From IMG/VR virus record IMGVR_UViG_3300012971_000051, positions 1 through 32,998 of that record: 32,998 bases of DNA; one strand, given 5' to 3'. Positions 1-7,860 of the stretch are shown here, in pieces. A program made the position numbers and the translations under genes. The notes below the pieces were generated by a model, which was not told the DNA's origin, made no database searches, and worked only from the letters and a program-made list of their open reading frames with translations. Source of the stretch: a virus (Duplodnaviria; Caudoviricetes). Numbering within the stretch: position 1 is the first letter of the stretch; the number at the start of each line of letters is the position of its first letter.

Positions 1-77
1 CCCGATGACAGTCGATGATGGCCATTTCACAAGACATCAAAAATGGCAGAGCGCCATCGCGTTTCGTCAGGGGTGGA

Positions 78-401
78 TTACTCATCGACAGGAAATCGCC
101 ACTTGCTTCCGCTCGATGTCCGGTTGGACTGCTGAGACTTTTGGGAAGCCGACCGAGACTTGGCTGCAATCCTAGCTGCCCCCAGGGCTATTTCAATGCC
201 CCGGTGAACTTGTTCATCGGTCATGCCGACAGCAACGGCGCCGTTCGCGGTCTCCAGGAACAGTGTTCCCAAAATCGCGGCGCCGGTCTCCGCCGAAGGC
301 AGACCTGCCATCTTGAACCGCTCCGCGGTGTCCAGCTCCCACTTCTTAAGTCTTTCGTAAGCCAAGCGGCTCAAGTCCCGTATCAGAGTTTCTTCACTCA
401 T
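78..401 (-). CDS. Hypothetical phage protein (107 aa)
   Basis: ATGA overlap with the upstream 398-646 gene; protein-like composition. Confidence 0.65.
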   Translation of the reverse strand: MSEETLIRDLSRLAYERLKKWELDTAERFKMAGLPSAETGAAILGTLFLETANGAVAVGMTDEQVHRGIEIALGAARIAAKSRSASQKSQQSNRTSSGSKWRFPVDE

Positions 402-646
402 GACAGTGATCTCTTTCGTTCATCGCGACCGCAACCGTAGCCGATGACCCAACTATAGAACTTCCAATCATCTCGATAGTTTGGGGGCAGCCATGCATCA
501 CCTTTGAGCGCAGCGCGGTAGCCTTTCTTCATCACGGCGAGCAGCTTGGGATCGCCTTCGGCCTCCTTGACCACACGCTTGGTAAGCCGCTCCCAGTTTC
601 GTCTCATTACTTCCCTTACTTCCTTGTTTACTGCTTCCTTACTCAT
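398..646 (-). CDS. Hypothetical phage protein (82 aa)
   Basis: Strong SD (AAGGAGGA) upstream; coupled to the next gene. Confidence 0.7.
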   Translation of the reverse strand: MSKEAVNKEVREVMRRNWERLTKRVVKEAEGDPKLLAVMKKGYRAALKGDAWLPPNYRDDWKFYSWVIGYGCGRDERKRSLS

Positions 647-793
647 TTTGTTTTCCTCCTTCCAAAACGAGCAGACGAAGGGGCGGCATCCCCTAACGCC
701 TGCTCGGGCGCGTCGTAGTCAAGGAAGCAGAGCGGCGGCGCACTTCTCCCGGCGCTTGCTTTCTTCCAACGACGGCGCGCCAACAACGCGACG

Positions 794-820
794 AAAGGGC
801 GCCCATCAGGGCGCCCTTTT
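794..820 (-). terminator. Intrinsic terminator-like hairpin
   Basis: Perfect 11-bp inverted repeat AAAGGGCGCCC-ATCA-GGGCGCCCTTT right after the stop at 821; short T tracts in both orientations. Confidence 0.6.
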
Positions 821-1504
821 TCATGGTCGCACCATCTGCCGAATGTCGATCAAACGCTTCTCCAGTTCATCCGCCTTGGACAGGAGCTTGGCGGCAGTGG
901 TGCGGCACTCCTCTACTTCCTTGGTAGCCTTGGCGAGGACCTCGTCGATCAGCGCGTTACTGGCAAGCGGACCGAAATTGACCTCTCGGATCTCCTCCAC
1001 CCATGCCTGCGGGCAGCCGAGGTTTTCAGCGACTTTCTTGTCGGTCCAGTCGCCCGAGTAACCGTGCTTTTCGTCCAGATACACATCATTGAGCTTGTCG
1101 AATATCAGCCGGCGGTTTTCGTACCCGAGGACTTTTGGCTTGACCTCCGGCGACGTCGCCAGCGCAGGCGTGGACACTTCATAGAGGTGGGTGTCTTTTG
1201 TTTTCATCGGCTTCTTCTCCCTGCAATCCGGGCAGCGATGGCGTCCTGGCGTATCGCCCACTTCCCAGCCCACTTGCTCGAATCTTCGGGTCGCCACCTT
1301 GTTCTCGGTCGCGACGGCGGATGACTTACCCTGGAAGGTGTTCATCTTCGTCGTCTCGATCTTGCGACAGCGCCCGCATCGGATCGCCAGGGCGCGAACC
1401 GGCTTGCCGTCGATGCTTACCTTCCCCAGCTCGAACAGGGCCAGCTCGCTCGCCGATACGCCGCGCTCTTGCCGCCTGTTGCTGGAGTCCTCTCGGTAAG
1501 TCAT
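821..1504 (-). CDS. Zinc-finger (CxxC...CxxC) protein with possible C-terminal HTH and coiled coil
   Basis: ATG 1504 overlaps the TGA of 1501-1890. Motifs CGRC and HRCPDC; WTDKKVAENLGCPQAWVEEIRE is HTH-like. Confidence 0.7.
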   Translation of the reverse strand: MTYREDSSNRRQERGVSASELALFELGKVSIDGKPVRALAIRCGRCRKIETTKMNTFQGKSSAVATENKVATRRFEQVGWEVGDTPGRHRCPDCREKKPMKTKDTHLYEVSTPALATSPEVKPKVLGYENRRLIFDKLNDVYLDEKHGYSGDWTDKKVAENLGCPQAWVEEIREVNFGPLASNALIDEVLAKATKEVEECRTTAAKLLSKADELEKRLIDIRQMVRP

Positions 1505-1890
1505 TCGTCCTTCCTTGCCAGCTGTTCGATCGCCCACCCACTCAACCCGGTGGCCAGATCGTAAGGCTCCACTTTCAGCTTGGCTTCGTTCTTGCCAATG
1601 GCTCGGGTGCACAGCTCGATCAAATCATGGAATCTGAGATCAAAAATGCACTGTGCTGTCATGCGCAGCGCATCTGACTGCGTTTGCTGCGACAGCGTGT
1701 CGGCCAACGCGGTGAGTAACTTGGCATCATTCGGCGCCGGCCGTCGCGGCGCATAGTCCGATGCATCGCGCTCGGGCGGCGCCCGCGCCGGCACTTCCAC
1801 TATCGGCGGCAGCGTCGGACGCGCGGGTTCGCGCGCAAAAATACGTTTGGGGAAGACGGTGTCGCTCTCGAAGTTGCTGCTATCGCTCAT
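1501..1890 (-). CDS. Hypothetical protein (129 aa), first gene after the array
   Basis: SD AAAGGAG upstream; ATGA-coupled to the next gene. Confidence 0.7.
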   Translation of the reverse strand: MSDSSNFESDTVFPKRIFAREPARPTLPPIVEVPARAPPERDASDYAPRRPAPNDAKLLTALADTLSQQTQSDALRMTAQCIFDLRFHDLIELCTRAIGKNEAKLKVEPYDLATGLSGWAIEQLARKDE

Positions 1891-1917
1891 TGGTACTTTG
1901 CTCCTTTGTTGTGACTA

Positions 1918-2746
1918 TTGCCCTGCCTCGCCTCACCGTACCCAACCAAACCGTGCCACACCCAGCCCAGCCCAGTCCTCGCCTTGCCTTGCCCTGCCCG
2001 GCCACACCAAACCAAACCAAGCCTTACCGAGTCCTTGCCTTGCGATGCCCAGCCCGGCCTCGCCATGCCCCGCCCCACCTAGCCACACCGCGCCCCCGTC
2101 CTCGCCTTGCCTTGCCCAACCGCACCCTGCCGCGCCGTGCCATGCTGTACCCAACCCAGCCCCGCCACGTCCTCGCCTTGCCTCGCCTTGCCCTGCTCTG
2201 CCCGGCCCAGCCCAGCCCCGCCACGTCCTCGCCTTGCCTTGCCTTGCCACGCCAGACCACGCCTAACCTGACCGGACCAAGCCCCGCCTCGCCTAGCCTT
2301 GCCATGTCCTCGCCTTGCCCTGCCTTGCCTGACCAAGCCTTGCCGCGCCGTGCCCAGCCTCGCCGCGTCCTCGCCTCGCCACGCTTCACCCCGCCCAGCC
2401 TCACCAGACATTGCCACGCCCCGTCCTCGCCTCGCCCTGCCTTGCCCGGCACAACCTCGCCTTGCCTGACCATGCCATGCCTCGTCCTCGCCTCACCTTG
2501 CCCCGCCCTGCCGTGCCCGGCCGCGCCCAGTCCCGCCATGCCGCGTCCTCGCCTCACCTTGCCGCGCCCTGTCGCGCCGTGCCATGCCCCACCAAGTCCT
2601 CGCCTTGCCTTGCCGCGCCCGGCCCAGCCTTGCCTGACCCGGCCTAGCTTCGCACCGCCGGACCCCGCCCAGCCTCGCCTTGTCCTTGCCCTGCCATGCT
2701 TCGCCACACCAAGCCCAGCCAAACCAGACCGAGCCCAGCCGAGTTC
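1918..2746 (-). ncRNA. GGY-NN pentamer array of 13 units; putative guide-RNA array (VIPR-like)
   Basis: Hand parse gives 150 pentamers, 139 with perfect GGC/GGT plus a variable NN. GGAC-NN punctuation lies at + strand GTCC 1975, 2031, 2098, 2169, 2225, 2306, 2367, 2423, 2484, 2545, 2596, 2682 and GTTC 2743. The array begins at the base after the ParB-like stop codon. The repeat is directly visible; the RNA function is inferred. Confidence 0.8.
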
Positions 2747-3442
2747 TCAAACACCGGCTTTAGCCAGTGCCTTGTCGAGTTCTTCGTTGAGTTTCTCCAG
2801 GGTTTCCCACAACGACGGATGGCGGTCCGGCGGTGGGAATAGTTTATGTTCGCAGGCATCGAGGAGCTGCCGCGCGGACAAAAGGTAGGATTGCCCCGGA
2901 GCGCTTTCCATCGCCTCAACCTGAGCTTTGGTGAGTTTCTCACCGGCCAGATGGCGGACCGACCCCTTGAGGGGAATTTTTCTTAGTTGCTTCACTCCGG
3001 CGATGGTTTCCTCAATGGTGGCGTATCTCGCCTTGAGGATGCGCAAGTGCGAGATCGAAGTCCGCAGCATGGCACAGAGGTCGATCTCTTTGAGCTTGAA
3101 GCGTTCAGCGATGTCGAGGACTTTCAGCGTATCAGCAGTGCCGAGTTTCAGCCCGACACCGGTGTTCAGCATGACCGCTTCGCGAAACATCTCGGTCTCG
3201 CTGGTGTAGGTCTTGAGAACGGCTTCTATGGTCTTCGCTTCCCGGCGAAGCGCAGCATGGTAGCGATGTACGCCGTCGACGATCCGTTTGGATTTTTTCT
3301 CGACGATGATGGGCGGCAGGACGATGCCGCCCTCCAGAGCTTGGATCATCTCTTTGATGTGATGATCGTCAACGTTTTGGCGAGGGTATATGCTTTCATC
3401 GAACTTCAGGCTGGCGATAGATACTGAAGTCGTCGTTGTCAT
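2747..3442 (-). CDS. ParB/Sulfiredoxin-like N-terminal domain protein
   Basis: IYPRQ...LPPIIV...IVDGVHRYHA ParB-N signature; ATGA-coupled to the RAMP-like gene. Confidence 0.8.
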   Translation of the reverse strand: MTTTTSVSIASLKFDESIYPRQNVDDHHIKEMIQALEGGIVLPPIIVEKKSKRIVDGVHRYHAALRREAKTIEAVLKTYTSETEMFREAVMLNTGVGLKLGTADTLKVLDIAERFKLKEIDLCAMLRTSISHLRILKARYATIEETIAGVKQLRKIPLKGSVRHLAGEKLTKAQVEAMESAPGQSYLLSARQLLDACEHKLFPPPDRHPSLWETLEKLNEELDKALAKAGV

Positions 3443-4089
3443 CGTGATTTCCTTTTCTTGGTCATCGGTACGAAGTCAGCGCCGTTGGTGAAAGCGGCTG
3501 TGTAACGGCCAAACGGACCTTTCTTGCCGACACGGTAGTCAAGCACGCCGGGAAATTTGCCACTCTGCTGAATGACGGCGAGGATCAGGTTCTCGTCGAT
3601 GGTGTCCTCGTCGAATTCCAGCTCCAACGGGCAACACCAGTCGCTGATCTTTGGCCGCGAGCGCAGCACGCCTTGTTTCTGCACAACAACACGACGAGTG
3701 TCGATAACCCACTCACCAAGCAGATCGTCTGCTGTCTTGGGCTCGGGCGTGCTCATGATGGCGTCATGGTCGCTATTGGCGCGATAGAGCGGACAGTATT
3801 CGTTGCACAGAAACACCGACGCAGCGAACCGCTTGGTCATGGTGGTGCGCCCCTTACGGGTGGGATCGCGGATGTCTCCAGAGGCGATGAGACCAGCTTC
3901 CCTGAACGAATCTGGTTTGATGTAGAGCTGTCCACTAGGCATGATATAAAGCGCAGCACGAGCTTCATCGAGCGGTGGTGGAATCTTCTTGCCGCCACGC
4001 TGCAAATCCTCGCCGCCGCGACGCATCGCTGCGGGATTGTGCATCAAAATAGGACTTATTCCGGTAACCGTTATTTTCACGAGTTTCAT
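3439..4089 (-). CDS. RAMP/Cas7-like RNA-binding protein (Vipr-like), 216 aa
   Basis: N-terminal strand KITVTGISPILMHN, LYIKPDSFREA (like the RAMP iPgsslKG motif) and C-terminal Gly-rich loop GVLDYRVGKKGPFGRY; SD AAAAGGAAACC before ATG 4089. Confidence 0.72.
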   Translation of the reverse strand: MKLVKITVTGISPILMHNPAAMRRGGEDLQRGGKKIPPPLDEARAALYIMPSGQLYIKPDSFREAGLIASGDIRDPTRKGRTTMTKRFAASVFLCNEYCPLYRANSDHDAIMSTPEPKTADDLLGEWVIDTRRVVVQKQGVLRSRPKISDWCCPLELEFDEDTIDENLILAVIQQSGKFPGVLDYRVGKKGPFGRYTAAFTNGADFVPMTKKRKSR

Positions 4090-4111
4090 TTCTGGTTTCC
4101 TTTTCTGTTGG

Positions 4112-4357
4112 TCAATCCCAGCCACCCGCACCGGCGATGAACGGATTGCGGCGCTCGCCGTGCACGTCCTCGATATAGAACGGCGACGAGGACAGGTGTC
4201 GCAGCTCGGGCCGGCGCCGCAGTGCTTCCTGCAGCGGCTCGCACGGTATCTGCATCAGATCGTGTGCGGTGAGCCCGTAGAAGTACAGATAGCCCCAGGG
4301 CTTGGTGTCTGGTTTGAACAGCAGCACCCGGGCGCATTTTTCCACGTTGAGGTACAT
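4112..4357 (-). CDS. Hypothetical protein (81 aa)
   Basis: AAGGAAACC RBS directly upstream. Confidence 0.6.
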   Translation of the reverse strand: MYLNVEKCARVLLFKPDTKPWGYLYFYGLTAHDLMQIPCEPLQEALRRRPELRHLSSSPFYIEDVHGERRNPFIAGAGGWD

Positions 4358-4374
4358 GTGGTTTCCTTCCGCGG

Positions 4375-4638
4375 TTACTTTGCCTTTTCGAGCCAGACCT
4401 CCATCGGCCTGGGGCCGATGCGACCAGTCGTCACCAGCCTTCGGTCAGCTCCGGCAAGCTTTTTTCTCATCGCGCTGAGCATGACTAAGATGGCGTGCCT
4501 CGCGTAGAATGAACGGTTCTTCTTGCCGTAATACCGATCAGCCAACCATTCGGTAGTGACCCTGTTTTTCTTTTTCTCCGGGATCATCTCGTAAAGACGA
4601 CTTTCGGAGACAGAAAGACGTGCATGGGCTCGATTCAT
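4375..4638 (-). CDS. Basic protein, possible winged-helix DNA-binding
   Basis: Start MNRAH with GAGGAG upstream; helix-helix-beta-wing-like pattern. Confidence 0.55.
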   Translation of the reverse strand: MNRAHARLSVSESRLYEMIPEKKKNRVTTEWLADRYYGKKNRSFYARHAILVMLSAMRKKLAGADRRLVTTGRIGPRPMEVWLEKAK

Positions 4639-4643
4639 TTGCT

Positions 4644-4853
4644 TTACTCTCCTCTCAGAAGCAAACGCTGTCTCAGTTTGCGTATCTTGATCTGAACGAC
4701 GAAAATCCCGATGTTCGCAAGGACCAACATGAGATCGAACATCACCATCGGATACCGTCCAGCCTGAAAAGCCAGCCATGCAACGTACAGCGCGCACGCA
4801 CCGGCGAGCACGGCTGCGGCTTGTATAGCGTAAGTCAGTCGTTTCATGTTCAC
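4644..4853 (-). CDS. Small two-TM membrane protein
   Basis: Two hydrophobic segments and a basic tail; GTGA overlap with the upstream gene. Confidence 0.6.
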   Translation of the reverse strand: MNMKRLTYAIQAAAVLAGACALYVAWLAFQAGRYPMVMFDLMLVLANIGIFVVQIKIRKLRQRLLLRGE

Positions 4854-5449
4854 ACCTTGACGATGGTCTTGGCGATGGTGGTGTAGGCATCGTCATCCAG
4901 GTGGTCAGGAAAAAACTTCGCCTCGTCGCCGGGCGCGGCCATGTAGGGCATCAGCTTGGGCTGGACCGACACCATCACGAACTTGAAAGTCTTACGACCG
5001 GCGCGCCAGCGGGCAACGAGACGATGGTTGCCATCGATCAGCGTATGTTGACCGCGATCCGGCCAGTACAGCATGACGCCAGGGCGTTCCAAGTGCTCGC
5101 CTGTGATCCGCGCAATGTGAGGCTCCTCGACGCCACCGCGCTGCAGGACGTTCTCGACGAGCTTCTCGTTGAGAAGGACTTGATGAGTGGAGTACAGCAG
5201 CCAGCCCGCCAAGATCGCATCCTTGATGCCACGCACATCGAACAGGATAGCGCCCTCGTCATCGGTTTGCAGTGTGAAGATCTCGCGACGCTCTTCGATC
5301 TGCACGATGACATTGCCGTCAGCCAGTTCCATACGCGCGCGTTCAGTCCGCTGCATCTCTGCCGAAGCGACCCAGGCGAGGCCTTCGCGATCCTGCCGTG
5401 TCAAGGTCGACTTTCTGATCTGCGCCAACGGCTCTCCAGATGTCGTCAT
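4850..5449 (-). CDS. Protein with a C-terminal ParB-like domain
   Basis: RPGVML...TLIDGNHRLVAR motif; RBS AAAGGAAACC before ATG 5449. Confidence 0.7.
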   Translation of the reverse strand: MTTSGEPLAQIRKSTLTRQDREGLAWVASAEMQRTERARMELADGNVIVQIEERREIFTLQTDDEGAILFDVRGIKDAILAGWLLYSTHQVLLNEKLVENVLQRGGVEEPHIARITGEHLERPGVMLYWPDRGQHTLIDGNHRLVARWRAGRKTFKFVMVSVQPKLMPYMAAPGDEAKFFPDHLDDDAYTTIAKTIVKV

Positions 5450-5562
5450 TTCGGTTTCCTTTGGAACAGCCATTCTCGGAGCATGATGGCAGGATCGTAT
5501 TTTGGCGGCAGCAACACCAAAAACAGAACCACGGCCCACATGATCCAGGCGAACGTCGTCAT
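5446..5562 (-). CDS. 38-aa single-TM protein
   Basis: MTTFAWIMWAVVLFLVLLPPKYDPAIMLREWLFQRKPK; ATGA-coupled on both sides; own RBS. Not in the ORF track. Confidence 0.6.
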   Translation of the reverse strand: MTTFAWIMWAVVLFLVLLPPKYDPAIMLREWLFQRKPK

Positions 5563-6092
5563 GCCGTGGTTTCCTTTTCTGTCAGAACACGGGCCTCGTA
5601 CTGGCGCAGCTGAAACGCCAGCGACGTGACTTCTTTCTTCACGTATTCAATGTCGCGGTATACCCAGCGCTGGCGCTCCAACCCCCGGAGAAATTCCTGC
5701 ATGTCCGGCATCAGATCGCCGGCATGGCCGCAGTCAAACCCCCAGAACCAGTTGGGATCGCTGTCGTCCCACGGCAACGCACCGGCCCAGGTGATGCCAC
5801 CGTGGACGTGCAGTGTCATGCCGATCGGAATCGTACCGTGCTTGTCTCCGTCGCCGAGCGCGTAGCACATCAGCGTCATCACCCCGACATCGTCGACGGT
5901 GCCTTCCTTGTCCTCGGGCCGCATGATAATGTGATCGTCGTAGTGCCAGCCAAAATAAGCGTGGGTAGGTGGCACGCCGACATAACCGCACAGGTGCCCC
6001 ATCCCGGGAGCACGCTTGATCCGGCACGGCAGGCCGGTGCGCTCATCCGTCCACGACAGTTCGTTCGGCTCGGTCAACCAGGGCTCGGTCAT
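5559..6092 (-). CDS. Conserved-looking phage protein of unknown function (HLCGYVG / HGGIT / WGFDCGH motifs)
   Basis: Motif set I recognise from uncharacterised phage proteins; ATGA-coupled start at 6092. Confidence 0.7.
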   Translation of the reverse strand: MTEPWLTEPNELSWTDERTGLPCRIKRAPGMGHLCGYVGVPPTHAYFGWHYDDHIIMRPEDKEGTVDDVGVMTLMCYALGDGDKHGTIPIGMTLHVHGGITWAGALPWDDSDPNWFWGFDCGHAGDLMPDMQEFLRGLERQRWVYRDIEYVKKEVTSLAFQLRQYEARVLTEKETTA

Positions 6093-6256
6093 CGCCGTTT
6101 TTCCATCATCTCTTCGAATTCTTTGGCCTGCTCTTTCGACACGTACTGCTGACCGCCGCACTCGCCGCACACGTCGCCGTAACCAGTACCCTGGCTAGAA
6201 AATCCAGAGCCGCCGCACTGTGGGCACGGCACATAGCCTGGAGGGCATTCACCCAT
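6089..6256 (-). CDS. Small CxxCxGxG (DnaJ-type) zinc-finger protein
   Basis: CPQCGGSG...CGECGG. Confidence 0.6.
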   Translation of the reverse strand: MGECPPGYVPCPQCGGSGFSSQGTGYGDVCGECGGQQYVSKEQAKEFEEMMEKRR

Positions 6257-6635
6257 CTTTCTTCTCTGCATTGATGGCGCGTTTGGTCATGCCCATGCGG
6301 GCGCAGCGCACGCACAGCAAAGCGCCTTTCTGCCAAGGGTGACCGCGGCAGATGTCCTTCTCCTTGGCGCTGCTGTTCTCGATCGGGGCCACGGGCTCAA
6401 GATTTTTGACGAGCATCCAGGCGGCGGGCTTGATGCCGCTGCGGTTGACCCTGGCGCAGTCGGGATCCTGGCACTCGGCCGTTCCGGGGAACCGTTGCAG
6501 TCCCATGGCATGCGCGCGGATCGGGTTCGACAGCGCTGCGCCCATAAGGTTCACTTGATGCAGCCATTCCTGGGCCAGCACGCCATGACAGTGGGTGTGC
6601 TTGTCGCCTTTCTCGTCGGTGATCGTCATGGTCAT
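6249..6635 (-). CDS. Cys/His-rich hypothetical protein
   Basis: SD AAGGAG; ATGA coupling; CQDPDC, CRGH and CVRC motifs. Confidence 0.6.
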   Translation of the reverse strand: MTMTITDEKGDKHTHCHGVLAQEWLHQVNLMGAALSNPIRAHAMGLQRFPGTAECQDPDCARVNRSGIKPAAWMLVKNLEPVAPIENSSAKEKDICRGHPWQKGALLCVRCARMGMTKRAINAEKKDG

Positions 6636-6910
6636 TTTGTCGTTCTCTCCTTCAACCATTCCTGAAAGTTTGCGGCCGCTTTGATTGCCTTGAGCAGCGC
6701 CGGACTGCCAGCGATATCGTGTATTTCCTGATCGGTCAGCGCACGGAAACCGGTCATATCGGCGTTAAAAACCATTAGCTGGCCGCAGTGGAGGCAGATG
6801 GTCGCATTGCCCGGTTTAGGTCGAGCGCTGTCATCGGTGGGGTGGGTGTAACCATCCGCGAGGCCGCCGCAGTTCATGCACTTTAGTTCGGTGTCGAGCT
6901 TACCACTCAT
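6632..6910 (-). CDS. Zinc-ribbon protein (CMNC...CLHC)
   Basis: Two CxxC pairs; coupled on both sides. Confidence 0.7.
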   Translation of the reverse strand: MSGKLDTELKCMNCGGLADGYTHPTDDSARPKPGNATICLHCGQLMVFNADMTGFRALTDQEIHDIAGSPALLKAIKAAANFQEWLKERTTK

Positions 6911-7377
6911 TGCGCCGTACCTCGCACAGGCAGGAACCCCACCATGCGGCCTTTCATGTTGGAGTAATCACCGATCTCCAGCTCTTCGAGCTTGGCCAGT
7001 CCGCCTATGCGGTGGATCGCACGCGAGGCCATCAGCTGGCCACTTTCATAATCCTCTAAGCTGTAAATTACGGCCTCGGTGGTGCCGGGCTTGCCCTCCA
7101 GGCTGGTCTCACACAGCGCTTCGGCCGCGGCTTCCGTCTTGGTGCGATTCACCCAGGCTCCCGCGATGAACGCGGCGCGAATGATCCTCTTGCGCCGCAT
7201 CCAATCCTGCATGACCGAGATCGCGGCACCCTTACCCAAGAACATGGGATGGAAGACAATCATGTGCGCGTCGCTCTCATCGACGAGGTGCCACATCGGC
7301 AGCACCTCGCCCTTCATGTCGAAAATTTTGACCGTGGTTCGGTCCACTGTTTCCAGCAAATCTCGGAGTTTTTGCAT
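6907..7377 (-). CDS. Hypothetical protein
   Basis: Start MQKLR one base after the previous stop; globular-looking sequence. Confidence 0.65.
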   Translation of the reverse strand: MQKLRDLLETVDRTTVKIFDMKGEVLPMWHLVDESDAHMIVFHPMFLGKGAAISVMQDWMRRKRIIRAAFIAGAWVNRTKTEAAAEALCETSLEGKPGTTEAVIYSLEDYESGQLMASRAIHRIGGLAKLEELEIGDYSNMKGRMVGFLPVRGTAQ

Positions 7378-7378
7378 G

Positions 7379-7687
7379 TCAGTCCATCCTGCAAACTTCG
7401 AACGTCCGGTCTTTCTGGATAACGGCGACCCAGGAACAGGGATACACGACGACCAACTCGTCGCGCAGCTTGACCTGGGCCAGCGGCGCCAGGATAGGGT
7501 CGCCCGGGTACGCCAGACCATTTCCCGGGGTCAGACGGAAGCCGGAAAACGGGTTCCAGCCGCCGTAGTGCTGATAACCCTCGTGCAGTTGAACCTTGGC
7601 CGGCCGCGGATCGACTTCCGACAACATGGGGGCAAGGTAAGCAAGGTTATCGCGGTGGAAATTTTTATCGAGCAGTTCCCAGATCAT
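7379..7687 (-). CDS. Hypothetical phage protein (YPGDP...FEVCRMD)
   Basis: ATGA-coupled start at 7687. Confidence 0.65.
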   Translation of the reverse strand: MIWELLDKNFHRDNLAYLAPMLSEVDPRPAKVQLHEGYQHYGGWNPFSGFRLTPGNGLAYPGDPILAPLAQVKLRDELVVVYPCSWVAVIQKDRTFEVCRMD

Positions 7688-7860
7688 TGAGGCAGCTCCA
7701 TTCTCCAGCGGTGGCCGCAACAGGGACATTCCAGAACGACAGTGTCGCCGGCAGGCCAACCGTCTTCCTGGAAGAGTTCCTTGGCGTCGGGGTGCTGTAT
7801 CTGCTCACCCGGCTCGGTGAGCCCAGGCTTCCACGGGTGAGCAGCTGTGCAGATGAACAT
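7684..7860 (-). CDS. Small zinc-ribbon protein (CPCCGHRW)
   Basis: TGATG-coupled start MFICT at 7860. Confidence 0.55.
   Translation of the reverse strand: MFICTAAHPWKPGLTEPGEQIQHPDAKELFQEDGWPAGDTVVLECPCCGHRWRMELPQ

Noticed and set aside
1899-1917. Ungapped U1 NN string shares TTTGTTGTGA with the array flank; similar short matches of U7 to 20514 (GATGACGCA) and U13 to 23492 (ACTTTGAC)
   Set aside because: Matches of 8-10 nt are expected by chance across 13 units and 33 kb. I found no convincing gapped self-target by eye, but the search was not exhaustive.
1918-2746. Canonical CRISPR array or simple microsatellite
   Set aside because: There are no 25-45-bp identical repeats with unique spacers. 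The NN diversity and regular punctuation are also unlike a slippage microsatellite.
1761-2888. Long Pro/Arg/Ala- or Gly/Arg-rich ORFs on both strands across the array
   Set aside because: They are by-products of a stop-poor 5-nt repeat; the period is not a multiple of 3, no SD is present, and the translations are low-complexity.
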